From Gemmatimonadales bacterium (lineage in GTDB: Bacteria; Gemmatimonadota; Gemmatimonadetes; Gemmatimonadales; GWC2-71-9), in the NCBI GenBank assembly GCA_050183815.1, contig JBFXAY010000004.1, forward strand, positions 976 to 64,975: DNA of 64,000 bases, in the 5' to 3' direction. Below, piece by piece: positions 54,567 through 64,000 of the stretch. Positions within the stretch are counted from its first letter, which is position 1, and the number at the start of each line of letters is the position of its first letter. A program made the translations under genes and the position numbers. The notes under the pieces were generated by a model. It was not told the origin of the DNA. It did no database searches and was given only the letters and a program-made list of their open reading frames with translations.

Positions 54567-55919
54567 ATGTTTTCGCAGAATCTCATTCGTCGGGGCGCCC
54601 GCATCGCGGGTACGGCCGCGCTGGCGCTGATCGCCACCGGCTGCCTCGATGACATCGTCAAGGTCGACGAGCGGGACGTGATCCCGCCCGACCAGCTCAC
54701 CACGGCGGCCGGCGCTGCGGCGTTGTACGCCGGGGCCTTGCGCTCGTTCGGCGCCGCCATCGACGGCGACAACGGCGGGACCGAGGGCCAGTCCCTCGTC
54801 TCCGGCATGGTCGCGGACGAGTGGTTCCACTCCGGGACGTTCAGCACCCGGGTGGACTACGACATGCGCGCCACCGACCTCAACAACGGCACGCTCGCCG
54901 GCGTCTATCGGAACCTGAACGACGCCCGGACCGCGGCCGCCCGCGCCATCACGGCGGTCACCAACACGAGCGATCCGACCGACCCCCGGCTCGGTGCGTT
55001 GCAGAACCGGATCGGGTTCGTGTACCTGGTTGGCGCCATGAACTACTGCAGCGGCCTCACCTTCAGCGATCTGGTCGACGGCCAGATCGTCTACGGTGAG
55101 CCGCTCACGACCACCCAGATGCTGGACGAGGCGATCAGCTGGTTCGACCAGGCCCTCGCGGGGCCGGCCGGCACCAACAACATCAATACCAATACGGCCC
55201 GGATGCTCAAGGCTCGCGCGCTCGTCCTCAAGGGCACGGCCAACCTCTCGGCCGCCGCGGCGCTCGTGGCCACGGTGCCGACGACGTTCAAAGCGCTGAG
55301 CGAGCACTCCATCGCCAACGGCGGCAACGAGAACGGCATTTTCGTCTTCAACCACAACAGCAAGCGGTGGTCGCTGGCTCACAGGGAAGGCGGAAACGGG
55401 CTCGCCTTCCGCGGCGCCGGTGCGGGCACCGATCCGGCCCAGGCGGACCCCCGGGTGCAGTGGACCCGGACCGGCGTCGGCTTCGACAACGTCTCGCCCC
55501 AGTACAACTGGCTCGGTTCGGTGGGCCGCGATGCCTCGATGCCCTTCACCACGGGTGTCGAAGCTCGGCTGATGGAAGCCGAGGCGGATCTCGCCGCCGG
55601 CAACGCCAGCGGCATGATTGACAAGCTCAACGCCCTCCGGGCCACCGTGACCGGCCTGGCGCCGCTCACCGACCCGGGCTCGGCCGCGGCCCGCCAGGAT
55701 CTGCTCTTCTCCGAGCGCGGCTTCTGGCTTTTCGGCCTGGGCACTCGGCTCTCCGATCTCCGCCGGCTCGTCCGGCAGTACGGCCGGGGCGCCGAGTCGG
55801 TCTTCCCGACCGGTGCGTACGGCAAGGGCGGCAATTTCGGCAGCGACGTGAACCTCCCGCTGCCCAACGTCGAGAACCAGAACCCGAATTTCCAGGGCTG
55901 CCTCGATCGGAACGCCTAG
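54567..55919 (+). CDS. SusD/RagB-family outer-membrane lipoprotein, copy 2
   Basis: 450 aa. Lipobox IATGC. Collinear with and highly similar to copy 1. Confidence 0.8.
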   Translation: MFSQNLIRRGARIAGTAALALIATGCLDDIVKVDERDVIPPDQLTTAAGAAALYAGALRSFGAAIDGDNGGTEGQSLVSGMVADEWFHSGTFSTRVDYDMRATDLNNGTLAGVYRNLNDARTAAARAITAVTNTSDPTDPRLGALQNRIGFVYLVGAMNYCSGLTFSDLVDGQIVYGEPLTTTQMLDEAISWFDQALAGPAGTNNINTNTARMLKARALVLKGTANLSAAAALVATVPTTFKALSEHSIANGGNENGIFVFNHNSKRWSLAHREGGNGLAFRGAGAGTDPAQADPRVQWTRTGVGFDNVSPQYNWLGSVGRDASMPFTTGVEARLMEAEADLAAGNASGMIDKLNALRATVTGLAPLTDPGSAAARQDLLFSERGFWLFGLGTRLSDLRRLVRQYGRGAESVFPTGAYGKGGNFGSDVNLPLPNVENQNPNFQGCLDRNA

Positions 55920-55975
55920 CAGCACTCTCCTGCCATCCGGCTCGGTTGCCGGGTGGCAGGGCCTTAAGTAGGTTA

Positions 55976-56009
55976 GCGGGGGGCCCCTCTGGGGCCCCCC
56001 GCTTGCTTT
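55976..56009 (+). terminator. Intrinsic terminator after SusD copy 2
   Basis: GCGGGGGGCCCC-tct-GGGGCCCCCCGC (12-bp stem) followed by TTGCTTTG. A second imperfect hairpin (CTGCCATCCGGC/GCCGGGTGGCAG) lies just upstream. Confidence 0.75.
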
Positions 56010-56058
56010 GGTGGAACGGAGCCGTTTCGGAGACGCCGCCGTTTCCCTGGAGGGCTTC

Positions 56059-56751
56059 ATGAAACTGCGACTCGCCGTGGCGCTCGGCATCTGCTGTCTC
56101 GGCTGCCATCACGCCCCGCCAATCGTCGCCTGGCAACCGGCCCCCGGCACCTTGCCGGTCTCGTATCGGGATGGGCCCGACGGCCTCGAGGCCGCCTTCG
56201 AACTCCCCGAAGACGCCGGGATCGTGCTGCTCGGCTACGATGGGTTCGGCCGCCTGACGGTGCTCGCCTCTGAGCGGCAGGTCGTGCTCCCGCTCCAGAA
56301 GGGCTTCCACCGGCTTCGGTTCCCCGAGGCCGCCGCCATCGCCCCCACCCGGGTCGCCGTCGCGCCGAGGTCCGCGGGACCGGCAACCGCGGCAGGCGTC
56401 CCATGCGTGTCGGTACAGATTCGCAGCGGCATGGTAGAGGCCAACGGTTGGGACCAGATGTTCTGCGGCCCGACCGGGCTGGCCACCAACCCGTATACCA
56501 ATGGTGTCGGGGTGGGGCCGGGCCGCCGCAGCAGTCGATCCAGGCCACCCCAGATCATGATCCTGGCGCTGGAGCCCGGGGTGTCGGTTTCGGAGCTTCA
56601 GGTGGCCTTGGCGCCCAACGGCGCTACCGGAGCCAGGCTCGGTCCCACGGAGCTTCTCGCGGAGCTGGGAGACCGGGTGGGCCGCTGGGCCCTGCTGCGC
56701 GAGGGGCCCCTTTCATGCGATCCGGACATGACTCGCTGTTCGCCGAACTAG
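56059..56751 (+). CDS. Hypothetical lipoprotein
   Basis: Internal ATG 56059 gives MKLRLAVALGICCLGC (lipobox). High GC3. No recognisable domain. Confidence 0.55.
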   Translation: MKLRLAVALGICCLGCHHAPPIVAWQPAPGTLPVSYRDGPDGLEAAFELPEDAGIVLLGYDGFGRLTVLASERQVVLPLQKGFHRLRFPEAAAIAPTRVAVAPRSAGPATAAGVPCVSVQIRSGMVEANGWDQMFCGPTGLATNPYTNGVGVGPGRRSSRSRPPQIMILALEPGVSVSELQVALAPNGATGARLGPTELLAELGDRVGRWALLREGPLSCDPDMTRCSPN

Positions 56752-56790
56752 GGCACCCTTCGCAGCCTGCCGAGCGTCGAAGTCACCGGA

Positions 56791-56816
56791 ACCCCAGTCT
56801 TCCAGACTGGGGTTTC
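56791..56816 (+). terminator. Terminator-like hairpin
   Basis: ACCCCAGTCT-tcc-AGACTGGGGT (10-bp perfect stem) followed by a short TT tail, at the start of a GC trough. Confidence 0.5.
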
Positions 56817-56905
56817 ATGTATATGCAATAGAACGACTTAGACGTCCATGTTCTGGCTTGCGCCAAGCTGGAGATTGACGTTCGAGACCTACTGTTTTAA
56901 CATTA

Positions 56906-56915
56906 TATCCGGATA
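56906..56915. promoter_or_regulatory. Perfect palindrome TATCCGGATA 10 nt upstream of the ArsR-methyltransferase gene (candidate autoregulatory operator)
   Basis: Read directly from the sequence. It lies in the AT-rich stretch TTAACATTATATCCGGATACACGGATTAATG. Its function is inferred only from position. Confidence 0.35.
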
Positions 56916-56924
56916 CACGGATTA

Positions 56925-57857
56925 ATGATAGACATCATCCCGCTCCTCGACGCACTCGCGGATCCAACGCGGTGCCGCCTGCTCCTAGCCCTCGAGGAGC
57001 AGGAGTTGACCGTGGGCGAACTCAAGAGCGCGTTGCAACTACCCCAATCCACGGTCAGCCGCCATCTCAAAGTGCTGGCTGACGAGGGGTGGGTTACCCA
57101 CCGGGCCGAGGGCGTAAGCAACTGGTATCGGGCCGCCTGGGACCTCCCGGACGAGGCCCGGGGGCTTTGGGCGGTGGTCCGTTCCTCGGTGGCCGAAACG
57201 GCCAGCGCCAGACAGGACGCCAAGCGGATCCGGGAAGTGGTGGCGGCCCGTCATCACCGGACTCGAGAGTTCTTCGCCACGAGCGCCGGCCAGTGGGACC
57301 GGCTGCGGGGAGACCTGTTCGGCGACGGTCTCGAATGGCAGGCGCTGGCCGGACTCCTCGATCCCCGCTGGGTCGTGGCCGACTTGGGAAGTGGCACAGG
57401 GCAACTCGCCGCCATGATCGCGCCGTTCGTGCGGCGCGTCATCGCGGTGGACGAGTCGCCTGCCATGCTCGATGCCGCGAGCCGCCGAATTGCGGCCTTG
57501 GCCAACGCCGAATGCCGGCCGGGCGCCCTCGAGGCCTTGCCGATCGAGACGGCCTCGGTGGATCTGGCCTTCGCGATTCTGGTGCTCCATCACCTGCCGG
57601 AGCCGGTCCGGGCCGTGACGGAGGCCGCCCGGATCCTCAAGCCCGGCGGCCGGCTGGTGGTCGTGGACATGCTGCCCCACGACCGCCGGGAATACCGGGA
57701 GACGATGGGGCATCAGTGGTTGGGATTCGATGCCGATACTCTGGGAGGCTGGTTCCGGTCCGCCGGCCTGTCCGCTCCGAGTTGCCGGCCGCTGGCGCCG
57801 AAGCCGGACGCCCAGGGGCCGTTACTGTTCGTGGCTTCCGCCACACGAGATCACTGA
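56925..57857 (+). CDS. ArsR-type winged-helix regulator fused to a SAM-methyltransferase-like domain (SahR-like architecture)
   Basis: N-terminal [47 protein letters not shown] (ArsR HTH). C-terminal [11 protein letters not shown] ... [11 protein letters not shown] ... [11 protein letters not shown] (class I MTase motifs I, II and post-I). Lies immediately upstream of ahcY. Confidence 0.8.
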   Translation: MIDIIPLLDALADPTRCRLLLALEEQELTVGELKSALQLPQSTVSRHLKVLADEGWVTHRAEGVSNWYRAAWDLPDEARGLWAVVRSSVAETASARQDAKRIREVVAARHHRTREFFATSAGQWDRLRGDLFGDGLEWQALAGLLDPRWVVADLGSGTGQLAAMIAPFVRRVIAVDESPAMLDAASRRIAALANAECRPGALEALPIETASVDLAFAILVLHHLPEPVRAVTEAARILKPGGRLVVVDMLPHDRREYRETMGHQWLGFDADTLGGWFRSAGLSAPSCRPLAPKPDAQGPLLFVASATRDH

Positions 57858-57876
57858 AAACGGGGGAGACAAGCAC

Positions 57877-59367
<1,491 letters not shown>

Positions 59368-59434
59368 GAGCTCGCCGGCGCCTCGAGTGCCCCGATCCCC
59401 TGCCGGGGGAGACCGAATTCAGCGCGGAAACACG

Positions 59435-59461
59435 GACGGGGCGGCCACTGGCCGCCCCGTC
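59435..59461. terminator. Hairpin between convergent ahcY and cupredoxin genes
   Basis: GACGGGGCGGCC-act-GGCCGCCCCGTC (12-bp perfect stem). U-tracts are weak on both strands. Confidence 0.5.
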
Positions 59462-59490
59462 CTCGTTCCGGGTCCGCCCGCGGCACCTGG

Positions 59491-59817
59491 CTACTGTACC
59501 GTGACGGTTCCCACCATCCCGCTGGTGAAGTCGGTGGAGTGGAGGGTACAGCGGTAGCGGTAGGTCCCCGCCGAACCGAACGCCCGCGCATGGGTGCCGC
59601 TCGAGAGATTGGAGGAGTTGGAGACGTTGTCCTCGAAGGTCACGTTGTGGGTGCCGCTCCGGAATTCCCAGGTGACGGTTTCGCTCACCGCAACGGACAA
59701 TGCCGGCGGGGTAAACTGGTTGTTCGTGACCGCCACCGCGTTGGGCCCGCTCGGGCCCGTATCCCCGCCGCACGCCGCCGTTCCGCACACCGCCGCCAGC
59801 AGTACCAGCGCTCGCAT
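59491..59817 (-). CDS. Cupredoxin-fold (plastocyanin/azurin-like) blue-copper lipoprotein, paralogue A
   Basis: 108 aa. Lipobox AACGG. Type-1 copper ligand pattern GTHNVTF (His) and YRCTLHSTDFTSGM (Cys-x2-His-x7-Met). Confidence 0.8.
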   Translation of the reverse strand: MRALVLLAAVCGTAACGGDTGPSGPNAVAVTNNQFTPPALSVAVSETVTWEFRSGTHNVTFEDNVSNSSNLSSGTHARAFGSAGTYRYRCTLHSTDFTSGMVGTVTVQ

Positions 59818-59846
59818 TGCCGCTCCCGGATTGAGGGACCGCCGCC

Positions 59847-60233
59847 CTATTGGACGGTAATCTGACCCACCATCTCGCCGCTATTGCCGAAGCCGGACGA
59901 GTGAATGGTACACCGGTACCGGTACGTTCCCCGAGCCGTGAATTCCCGAAGGTGGTTCGTCCCGGCACCGACGTCCGAGGCCGAATTCGAGATGTTGTCC
60001 TCGAAGGTGACGTTGTGGCCGCCCTGCTGAAACTGGAACGTGACGGTCGTGTTGACCGCCACCGTGAGCGTCGGCGGATTGAAATTGGTACCCGCGATCA
60101 CGACCGTGTTCGGGGCCGGCGGGGGGGGCGGCGGGGGGGGCGGCGCGGGTGGGGAGGTTGGACCGCTCGAACCGCCGCCGCAGGCCAGTGCCAGGATCGT
60201 CAACGCCGCCATCGGGATTCGCTGAAGCCTCAT
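59847..60233 (-). CDS. Cupredoxin-fold blue-copper lipoprotein, paralogue B (poly-proline tether)
   Basis: Internal ATG 60233 (MRLQRIPMAALTILALACGG), then SPPAPPPPPPPPPAP. GGHNVTF and YRCTIHSSGFGNSGEM supply the His/Cys/His/Met ligands. Confidence 0.8.
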   Translation of the reverse strand: MRLQRIPMAALTILALACGGGSSGPTSPPAPPPPPPPPPAPNTVVIAGTNFNPPTLTVAVNTTVTFQFQQGGHNVTFEDNISNSASDVGAGTNHLREFTARGTYRYRCTIHSSGFGNSGEMVGQITVQ

Positions 60234-60449
60234 GGTACCCTCCTGTCCTGCCGTGAAACGACGAGCCCGGGGCGACCGGGTCGCCGGGCGGAATGAATGG
60301 GTCGGACGGTCAAGCGCGAGCGTTCGGGTGTCCCGTTTCGCTACAGGCAACCAGGTCGCCAGAGTCGAGGGGACGAGAGTCATGACACCGGCTCGTGTTC
60401 ATCCCCCTTACATCTTGCCGGACCCGGGCGGACCGACCGAAACGACGGT

Positions 60450-61646
60450 ATGATTCCCGGCACCCGTGCGGGCCCCGGAGACGCTGCGATGACTGGAGCT
60501 GTGACGGCCGGCGCCGGGACGCCGCCGGAGCGGTGGGAGGCACTCGACGTCGTCCGCGGGATGACCGTGGCCGGCATGCTGCTGGTCAACAACCCGGGCA
60601 CCTGGTCGGCGATGTATCCGCCCCTGGCCCATGCCCCGTGGCACGGCTGGACTCCGACCGACCTGATCTTTCCGTTCTTCCTGTTCATCGTCGGCATCAC
60701 GACGGCGTGGTCCCTCGGCCGCCGGGCGGAACAAGGCGCGGATGACGGCGCGATCCGCCGGCAGATCGTTCGGCGGGGCCTCCTCATCTTTCTCTTCGGT
60801 CTGCTGCTGGCCGCGTTTCCGTTCTACCCGATCACCCGGCTTACCGGCCTCCGGATCCCCGGCGTCCTGCAGCGTATCGGTGTCTGCTACCTAGCCGGCG
60901 GCCTGCTGGCCTGGCGGCGCTCCAACCGGGCGGTGGCCGGCATCGCGGCAGCGCTCCTGCTCGGTTACTGGGCCGCCATGACCCTGGTACCGCCGCCGGG
61001 CCAGGCAGCCGCCACGCTCGACGTGCCCGACCAGACCCTGGCCGCCTGGCTCGACCGGCTGCTGCTCGGCGGCCATCTCTGGGCCAGCAGCAAGACCTGG
61101 GACCCCGAAGGTCCGCTGTCCACGATCCCGGCCATCGGCACGGTACTCCTCGGCGTGCTGGCCGGCCGGTGGCTCCGAACCCCGCGGCCCATGGCCGAGC
61201 GACTGAACGGACTGTTCGCGGCGGGAACGGCCGGGCTGATCGTCGGATCGGTCTGGGGTTGGGTGTTTCCGATCAACAAGAATCTCTGGACGAGTTCCTA
61301 CGTCATATTCACGGCGGGCGCGGCCGCGGTCCTCCTCGGCCTGGTCAGCTGGCTGATGGATACCCGCGGCCGGCACGGAGCGGTGGTCCGGTTCTTCGCC
61401 GTGTACGGCCGCAATCCGCTGGTGGCGTTTCTCGGTTCGGGGCTCATGGCCAAGGCCATGGCCTCGCTGATCAAGGTGCCGTTCGGGGGGGAGTCGGTGC
61501 CGCTGCAGCAGGCGGTGTACCGGACCCTCTTCGCCCCGTGGCTTCGGCCGGTGAACGCCTCGCTCGCCTACGCGCTCGCGTTCGTGGGCTTCTGGTACCT
61601 CGTGCTGGCCCTGTTCTCCCGGCGCGGCTGGATCATCAAGGTGTAG
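60450..61646 (+). CDS. Polytopic membrane acyltransferase-like protein (heparan-alpha-glucosaminide N-acetyltransferase-like, DUF1624/DUF5009 type)
   Basis: ERWEALDVVRGMTVAGMLLVNNPG ... PWHGWTPTDLIFPFFLFIVG is the family's N-terminal signature. About 10 TM segments. The start is uncertain (60450 or 60489). Confidence 0.7.
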   Translation: MIPGTRAGPGDAAMTGAVTAGAGTPPERWEALDVVRGMTVAGMLLVNNPGTWSAMYPPLAHAPWHGWTPTDLIFPFFLFIVGITTAWSLGRRAEQGADDGAIRRQIVRRGLLIFLFGLLLAAFPFYPITRLTGLRIPGVLQRIGVCYLAGGLLAWRRSNRAVAGIAAALLLGYWAAMTLVPPPGQAAATLDVPDQTLAAWLDRLLLGGHLWASSKTWDPEGPLSTIPAIGTVLLGVLAGRWLRTPRPMAERLNGLFAAGTAGLIVGSVWGWVFPINKNLWTSSYVIFTAGAAAVLLGLVSWLMDTRGRHGAVVRFFAVYGRNPLVAFLGSGLMAKAMASLIKVPFGGESVPLQQAVYRTLFAPWLRPVNASLAYALAFVGFWYLVLALFSRRGWIIKV

Positions 61647-61660
61647 CGAAAGGACGAATC

Positions 61661-62362
61661 ATGATGGGCAAGCTGACCCGGTGGCTCTGGGACTGGGCGA
61701 AGACGATCGTGGTGGCGCTGGTGATCTGGTTCACGTTCAGCACCTTCGTCCTCCAGGCGTTCCGGATCACCTCGTCGAGCATGGAGTCGACCCTGCTGAT
61801 CGGCGACGTGCTGTACGTCAACAAGATGCTCTATGGCGCCGAGGTACCGGTGGTGCATCGGCGGCTCCCGGCCATTCGGGAACCCCGACTCGGCGACATC
61901 GTCGTGTTCGAGTCGGTGGAAACGCCGGGTCTGACCGTGGTCAAGCGTCTGGTCGGCGTGCCCGGGGACACGCTCGCGATGACCGACGGCGTCCTCAGCC
62001 GCAACGGTACGGCGGTGACTGAGCCGTGGGTGGCCGCCGACCGCCGCCTGATGCCGACCGACGCCGCGGGCCGGACCCAGATCCGGCGGTGGACCCTGCC
62101 GCTCCTGATCGGTCCGCCGCAGCCGGACTACGATCCCGACCCCAACCATTGGGGCCCGATCGTCGTGCCGGCCGCTGCCTATTTCATGATGGGCGACAAC
62201 CGCCGCGACTCGTACGACAGCCGGTTCTGGGGTTTTCTGCCGGCGCGGAACATCAGGGGCCGGGCCTCGGTGATCTACTTCAGCTACGACGCCGATACCT
62301 ACAAGCCGCTGCCGTTCCTGACGAACATCCGCTGGCGGCGCCTGCTGTCGGTGCCGCGGTGA
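61661..62362 (+). CDS. lepB: Signal peptidase I
   Basis: Internal ATG 61661. One TM, catalytic Ser box ITSSSMESTL, Lys box VKRLVGVPGD, and GDNRRDSYDSRFWGFLP. Confidence 0.9.
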   Translation: MMGKLTRWLWDWAKTIVVALVIWFTFSTFVLQAFRITSSSMESTLLIGDVLYVNKMLYGAEVPVVHRRLPAIREPRLGDIVVFESVETPGLTVVKRLVGVPGDTLAMTDGVLSRNGTAVTEPWVAADRRLMPTDAAGRTQIRRWTLPLLIGPPQPDYDPDPNHWGPIVVPAAAYFMMGDNRRDSYDSRFWGFLPARNIRGRASVIYFSYDADTYKPLPFLTNIRWRRLLSVPR

Positions 62363-62368
62363 ACCGCG

Positions 62369-63484
62369 TCAGGGCGACTTGAGGTCGACGAGGTTCCGGG
62401 TCACCAGTTCGAGGTAGGATACGCTCTCGGGCCGCTCGGTGTCCTTGAGAAAGGCCTGGATGGTCTGCAACAGTTGGACGCTCGCGTACCCGGGCCGGGC
62501 CTGCGGGTGGGCCTGGCCCATCACCCCGCCGAAGTAACTCCGGACGATGAGACCGGAATCGGCCCAGGGAAGCGCCCGGACGTTCTCGACGTAGCGCCGG
62601 AAGCTCTGCTGGCGGAAGAGGTAGAATTCGACGTTCGAGGTGTAGAACAACGAGACCCCGAGGCGGCGGTCGGCGAGGAACCGGGCGATCCCCCGGAACG
62701 CGCCGGTCCCGCCGAAGTCGCCCACCACCGGAATGACCCGGCCGCGCCGCTCCAGATCGCGAAGGAACTGGTAGTCGTCCTCGGCCGCCAGGAAGCTCGA
62801 CTCCCGGCCGGCAAGATCCTTCTCCCGATACAAATCCCGGATCGTCGGATAGTAGGAGCGCGGCCCGCGACCATAGCTCGTGAACCGGAGATCGAGACCG
62901 GCGCGCATGAACTCGTCGTGGAACCGCGCGAGCGTCGTGACGTCCACCGGCTGGAGCGGAAGGCCGTATCCCCTGATCCGCTCGACCAGCGCCGCGTGGG
63001 TCCGGCGGTGCCGGAGCGTGTCCGCCTTGAGGCCGTCGACGTAGCCGATCAGGTCGGCGAGCGGGCGGCCGTTCCAGGCGGTGAGGTTGTCCGGCACCGG
63101 CCGTCCGAACAACTGGCAGAGGAACTCGAGCCGGTTCCGCGAGGTCTCGAAGAGCGATTTGAACAACAGGTGGAGCAGCTGATTGTCCCGCCGGAGATCG
63201 ACGATGAACGCGACGTCCGGCCGCACGGCGGCGATGTACGAGAAGTTCTGGTCCGGCCCGACCCCGATGTAGGCCCCGCCCCGCGCGCCCCGCGCCCGGA
63301 TCCCGCCCATGACATGGAGGTACGAAAGCTCGTTCGAGATCAGGTTGTCGGTATCGAAGTACCCACCCGACTCCGACAGCTGGGCGATCGTCCGCGCAAA
63401 CGGAATCGTATCGGTGACGGGGGCGCGCTGGGCCGCCCGCGGCGCCACGGCCGCCTGAAGGGCCAGGAGAAAGGCAGCTACCAT
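62369..63484 (-). CDS. Hypothetical exported protein
   Basis: 371 aa. Signal-like MVAAFLLALQAAVAPRAAQ. High GC3. I do not recognise the family (YIGVGPDQNFSYIAAVRPDVAFIVDLRRDN). Confidence 0.6.
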   Translation of the reverse strand: MVAAFLLALQAAVAPRAAQRAPVTDTIPFARTIAQLSESGGYFDTDNLISNELSYLHVMGGIRARGARGGAYIGVGPDQNFSYIAAVRPDVAFIVDLRRDNQLLHLLFKSLFETSRNRLEFLCQLFGRPVPDNLTAWNGRPLADLIGYVDGLKADTLRHRRTHAALVERIRGYGLPLQPVDVTTLARFHDEFMRAGLDLRFTSYGRGPRSYYPTIRDLYREKDLAGRESSFLAAEDDYQFLRDLERRGRVIPVVGDFGGTGAFRGIARFLADRRLGVSLFYTSNVEFYLFRQQSFRRYVENVRALPWADSGLIVRSYFGGVMGQAHPQARPGYASVQLLQTIQAFLKDTERPESVSYLELVTRNLVDLKSP

Positions 63485-63552
63485 GGTCTGATCCTAGCCC
63501 CCCGGGGGCCCCGAGCCTAGTCCCGCTGGAGACGGCCGACGGCGGGCCGACG

Positions 63553-63594
63553 GGCACAAAACGCGAGGGGCCGCCCGGTACCCCGGGCGGCCCC
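63553..63594 (-). terminator. Intrinsic terminator downstream of efp
   Basis: On the minus strand: GGGGCCGCCCGG-ggta-CCGGGCGGCCCC (12-bp stem) followed by TCGCGTTTTG. Confidence 0.65.
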
Positions 63595-63615
63595 AAACGA
63601 CGATCCGGCCGCGGC

Positions 63616-64000
63616 TTACTCCTTGGCGCGGTCGATGTACTCGCCGGTTTCCGGGTTGACCCGGATCTTCTCGCCGATCTGGATGAATTCGGGCACGTTG
63701 ACCGTGATGCCGTTGTTGAGCGTCGCCGGCTTGGCGGACGCGGACTTCGTGGCGGTCTTCATCACCGGTGCGGTTTCCACGACCTCGAAGGTCAGGGCAT
63801 TCGGCATCTGGACCCCGATCGGCCGGCCCTCGTAGAACTCGGCGATGATCCGCATGCCGTCGGTCATCCACTTGGCGCTGTCGCCCAGATCCTCTTCCTC
63901 GACCTCGAGCTGGTCGAACGTCTCGGCGTTCATGAAGTGGTAGGTCGTGCCGGCCTTGTACATGAAGTCGAGCTCGTGGGTTTCGAGCGACGCCAGCTCG
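63616..64000 (-). CDS. efp: Elongation factor P (C-terminal ~128 codons; the gene continues past the right edge)
   Basis: YHFMNAETFDQLEV ... AEFYEGRPIGVQMPNALTFEVVETAPVMKTATKSASAKPATLNNGITVNVPEFIQIGEKIRVNPETGEYIDRAKE is an unmistakable EF-P domain II/III sequence. Confidence 0.9.
   Translation of the reverse strand, partial: ELASLETHELDFMYKAGTTYHFMNAETFDQLEVEEEDLGDSAKWMTDGMRIIAEFYEGRPIGVQMPNALTFEVVETAPVMKTATKSASAKPATLNNGITVNVPEFIQIGEKIRVNPETGEYIDRAKE

Noticed and set aside
46511-55919. Repeated units considered as a CRISPR array or a mobile-element duplication
   Set aside because: The repeat unit is 4.9 kb of intact coding sequence (two genes), not short repeats with spacers. No cas genes, transposase, integrase or terminal inverted repeats flank it.
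51369-56090. 1573-aa ORF on the minus strand (also 47483-51277 at 1264 aa, 15422-18040 at 872 aa, 12967-15432 at 821 aa, 9805-11781 at 658 aa, 35066-36970 at 634 aa, 5041-6573 at 510 aa, and many others)
   Set aside because: These are antisense shadow ORFs. They lie exactly opposite genes with clear family motifs (SusC/SusD, LanC-like, the lipoprotein, DmpA/Qor, the S15 peptidase, the amidoligase). Their translations are Arg/Gly/Pro/Ala-rich low-complexity strings with no motifs. In very GC-rich DNA, stop codons are rare in every frame.
56752-57876. SAH riboswitch upstream of ahcY
   Set aside because: Only 19 nt separate ahcY from the upstream regulator gene. The AT-rich region before the regulator does not show the GC-rich pseudoknotted SAH-element pattern I remember. 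This needs an Infernal scan to be definitive.

Overview
About 64 kb of a very GC-rich bacterial chromosome. Third-codon-position GC bias is strong, so long antisense shadow ORFs cover nearly every real gene. I support about 60 protein-coding genes and found no rRNA, tRNA, CRISPR array, transposase or integrase. All family calls come from reading motifs by eye; no searches were run. The gene content (SusC/SusD pairs, many exported peptidases, '6-bladed beta-propeller' paralogues, lipoproteins with poly-proline tethers, cupredoxin lipoproteins) looks like Gemmatimonadota or a similar phylum, but that is only an inference.

Layout:
- 1-3.2 kb: cytochrome c, an Fe-S Rrf2 regulator, a BNR protein and an outer-membrane protein (OMP).
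- 4.2-8.5 kb: a tight four-gene amidoligase operon (two ATP-grasp ligases, a GCS2 ligase, a C26 hydrolase).
- 8.6-12.9 kb: crcB, a DmpA peptidase, a quinone reductase and a bicupin.
- 13.1-18.0 kb: a large lipoprotein with a papain/C39-like Cys-His-Asp signature, a PLP Ser/Thr dehydratase, and a Tat-exported LanC-like protein.
- 18.0-22.3 kb: a stretch of visibly lower GC3 with two beta-propeller paralogues, an orphan two-gene cassette ending in a CTAG-repeat palindrome, and a BsuPI-like lipoprotein.
- 22.5-29.6 kb: a heme-motif propeller protein, fasciclin, a CarH/LitR-type B12 photoreceptor regulator and a BTAD-TPR regulator.
- 29.6-36.7 kb: a tightly packed minus-strand operon (S15 peptidase, FAD oxidase, GT2, S9 peptidase, micro-ORF, crotonase).
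- 37.0-41.9 kb: a PadR regulator flanked by two ABC-2 exporters.
- 42.0-46.2 kb: an iodotyrosine-deiodinase-like flavoenzyme, a DUF4097-like protein and an amidase.
- 46.5-55.9 kb: a tandem 4,945-bp duplication of a SusC/SusD pair containing a 743-bp tract of perfect identity.
- 56.9-64.0 kb: a SahR-like regulator with ahcY, two cupredoxin lipoproteins, an HGSNAT-like acyltransferase, lepB and efp.

The most interesting candidates for undescribed biology are the amidoligase operon, the exported C39-like/LanC-like cluster, the orphan cassette in the low-GC3 stretch, and the duplicated SusCD locus that has no CAZymes nearby.
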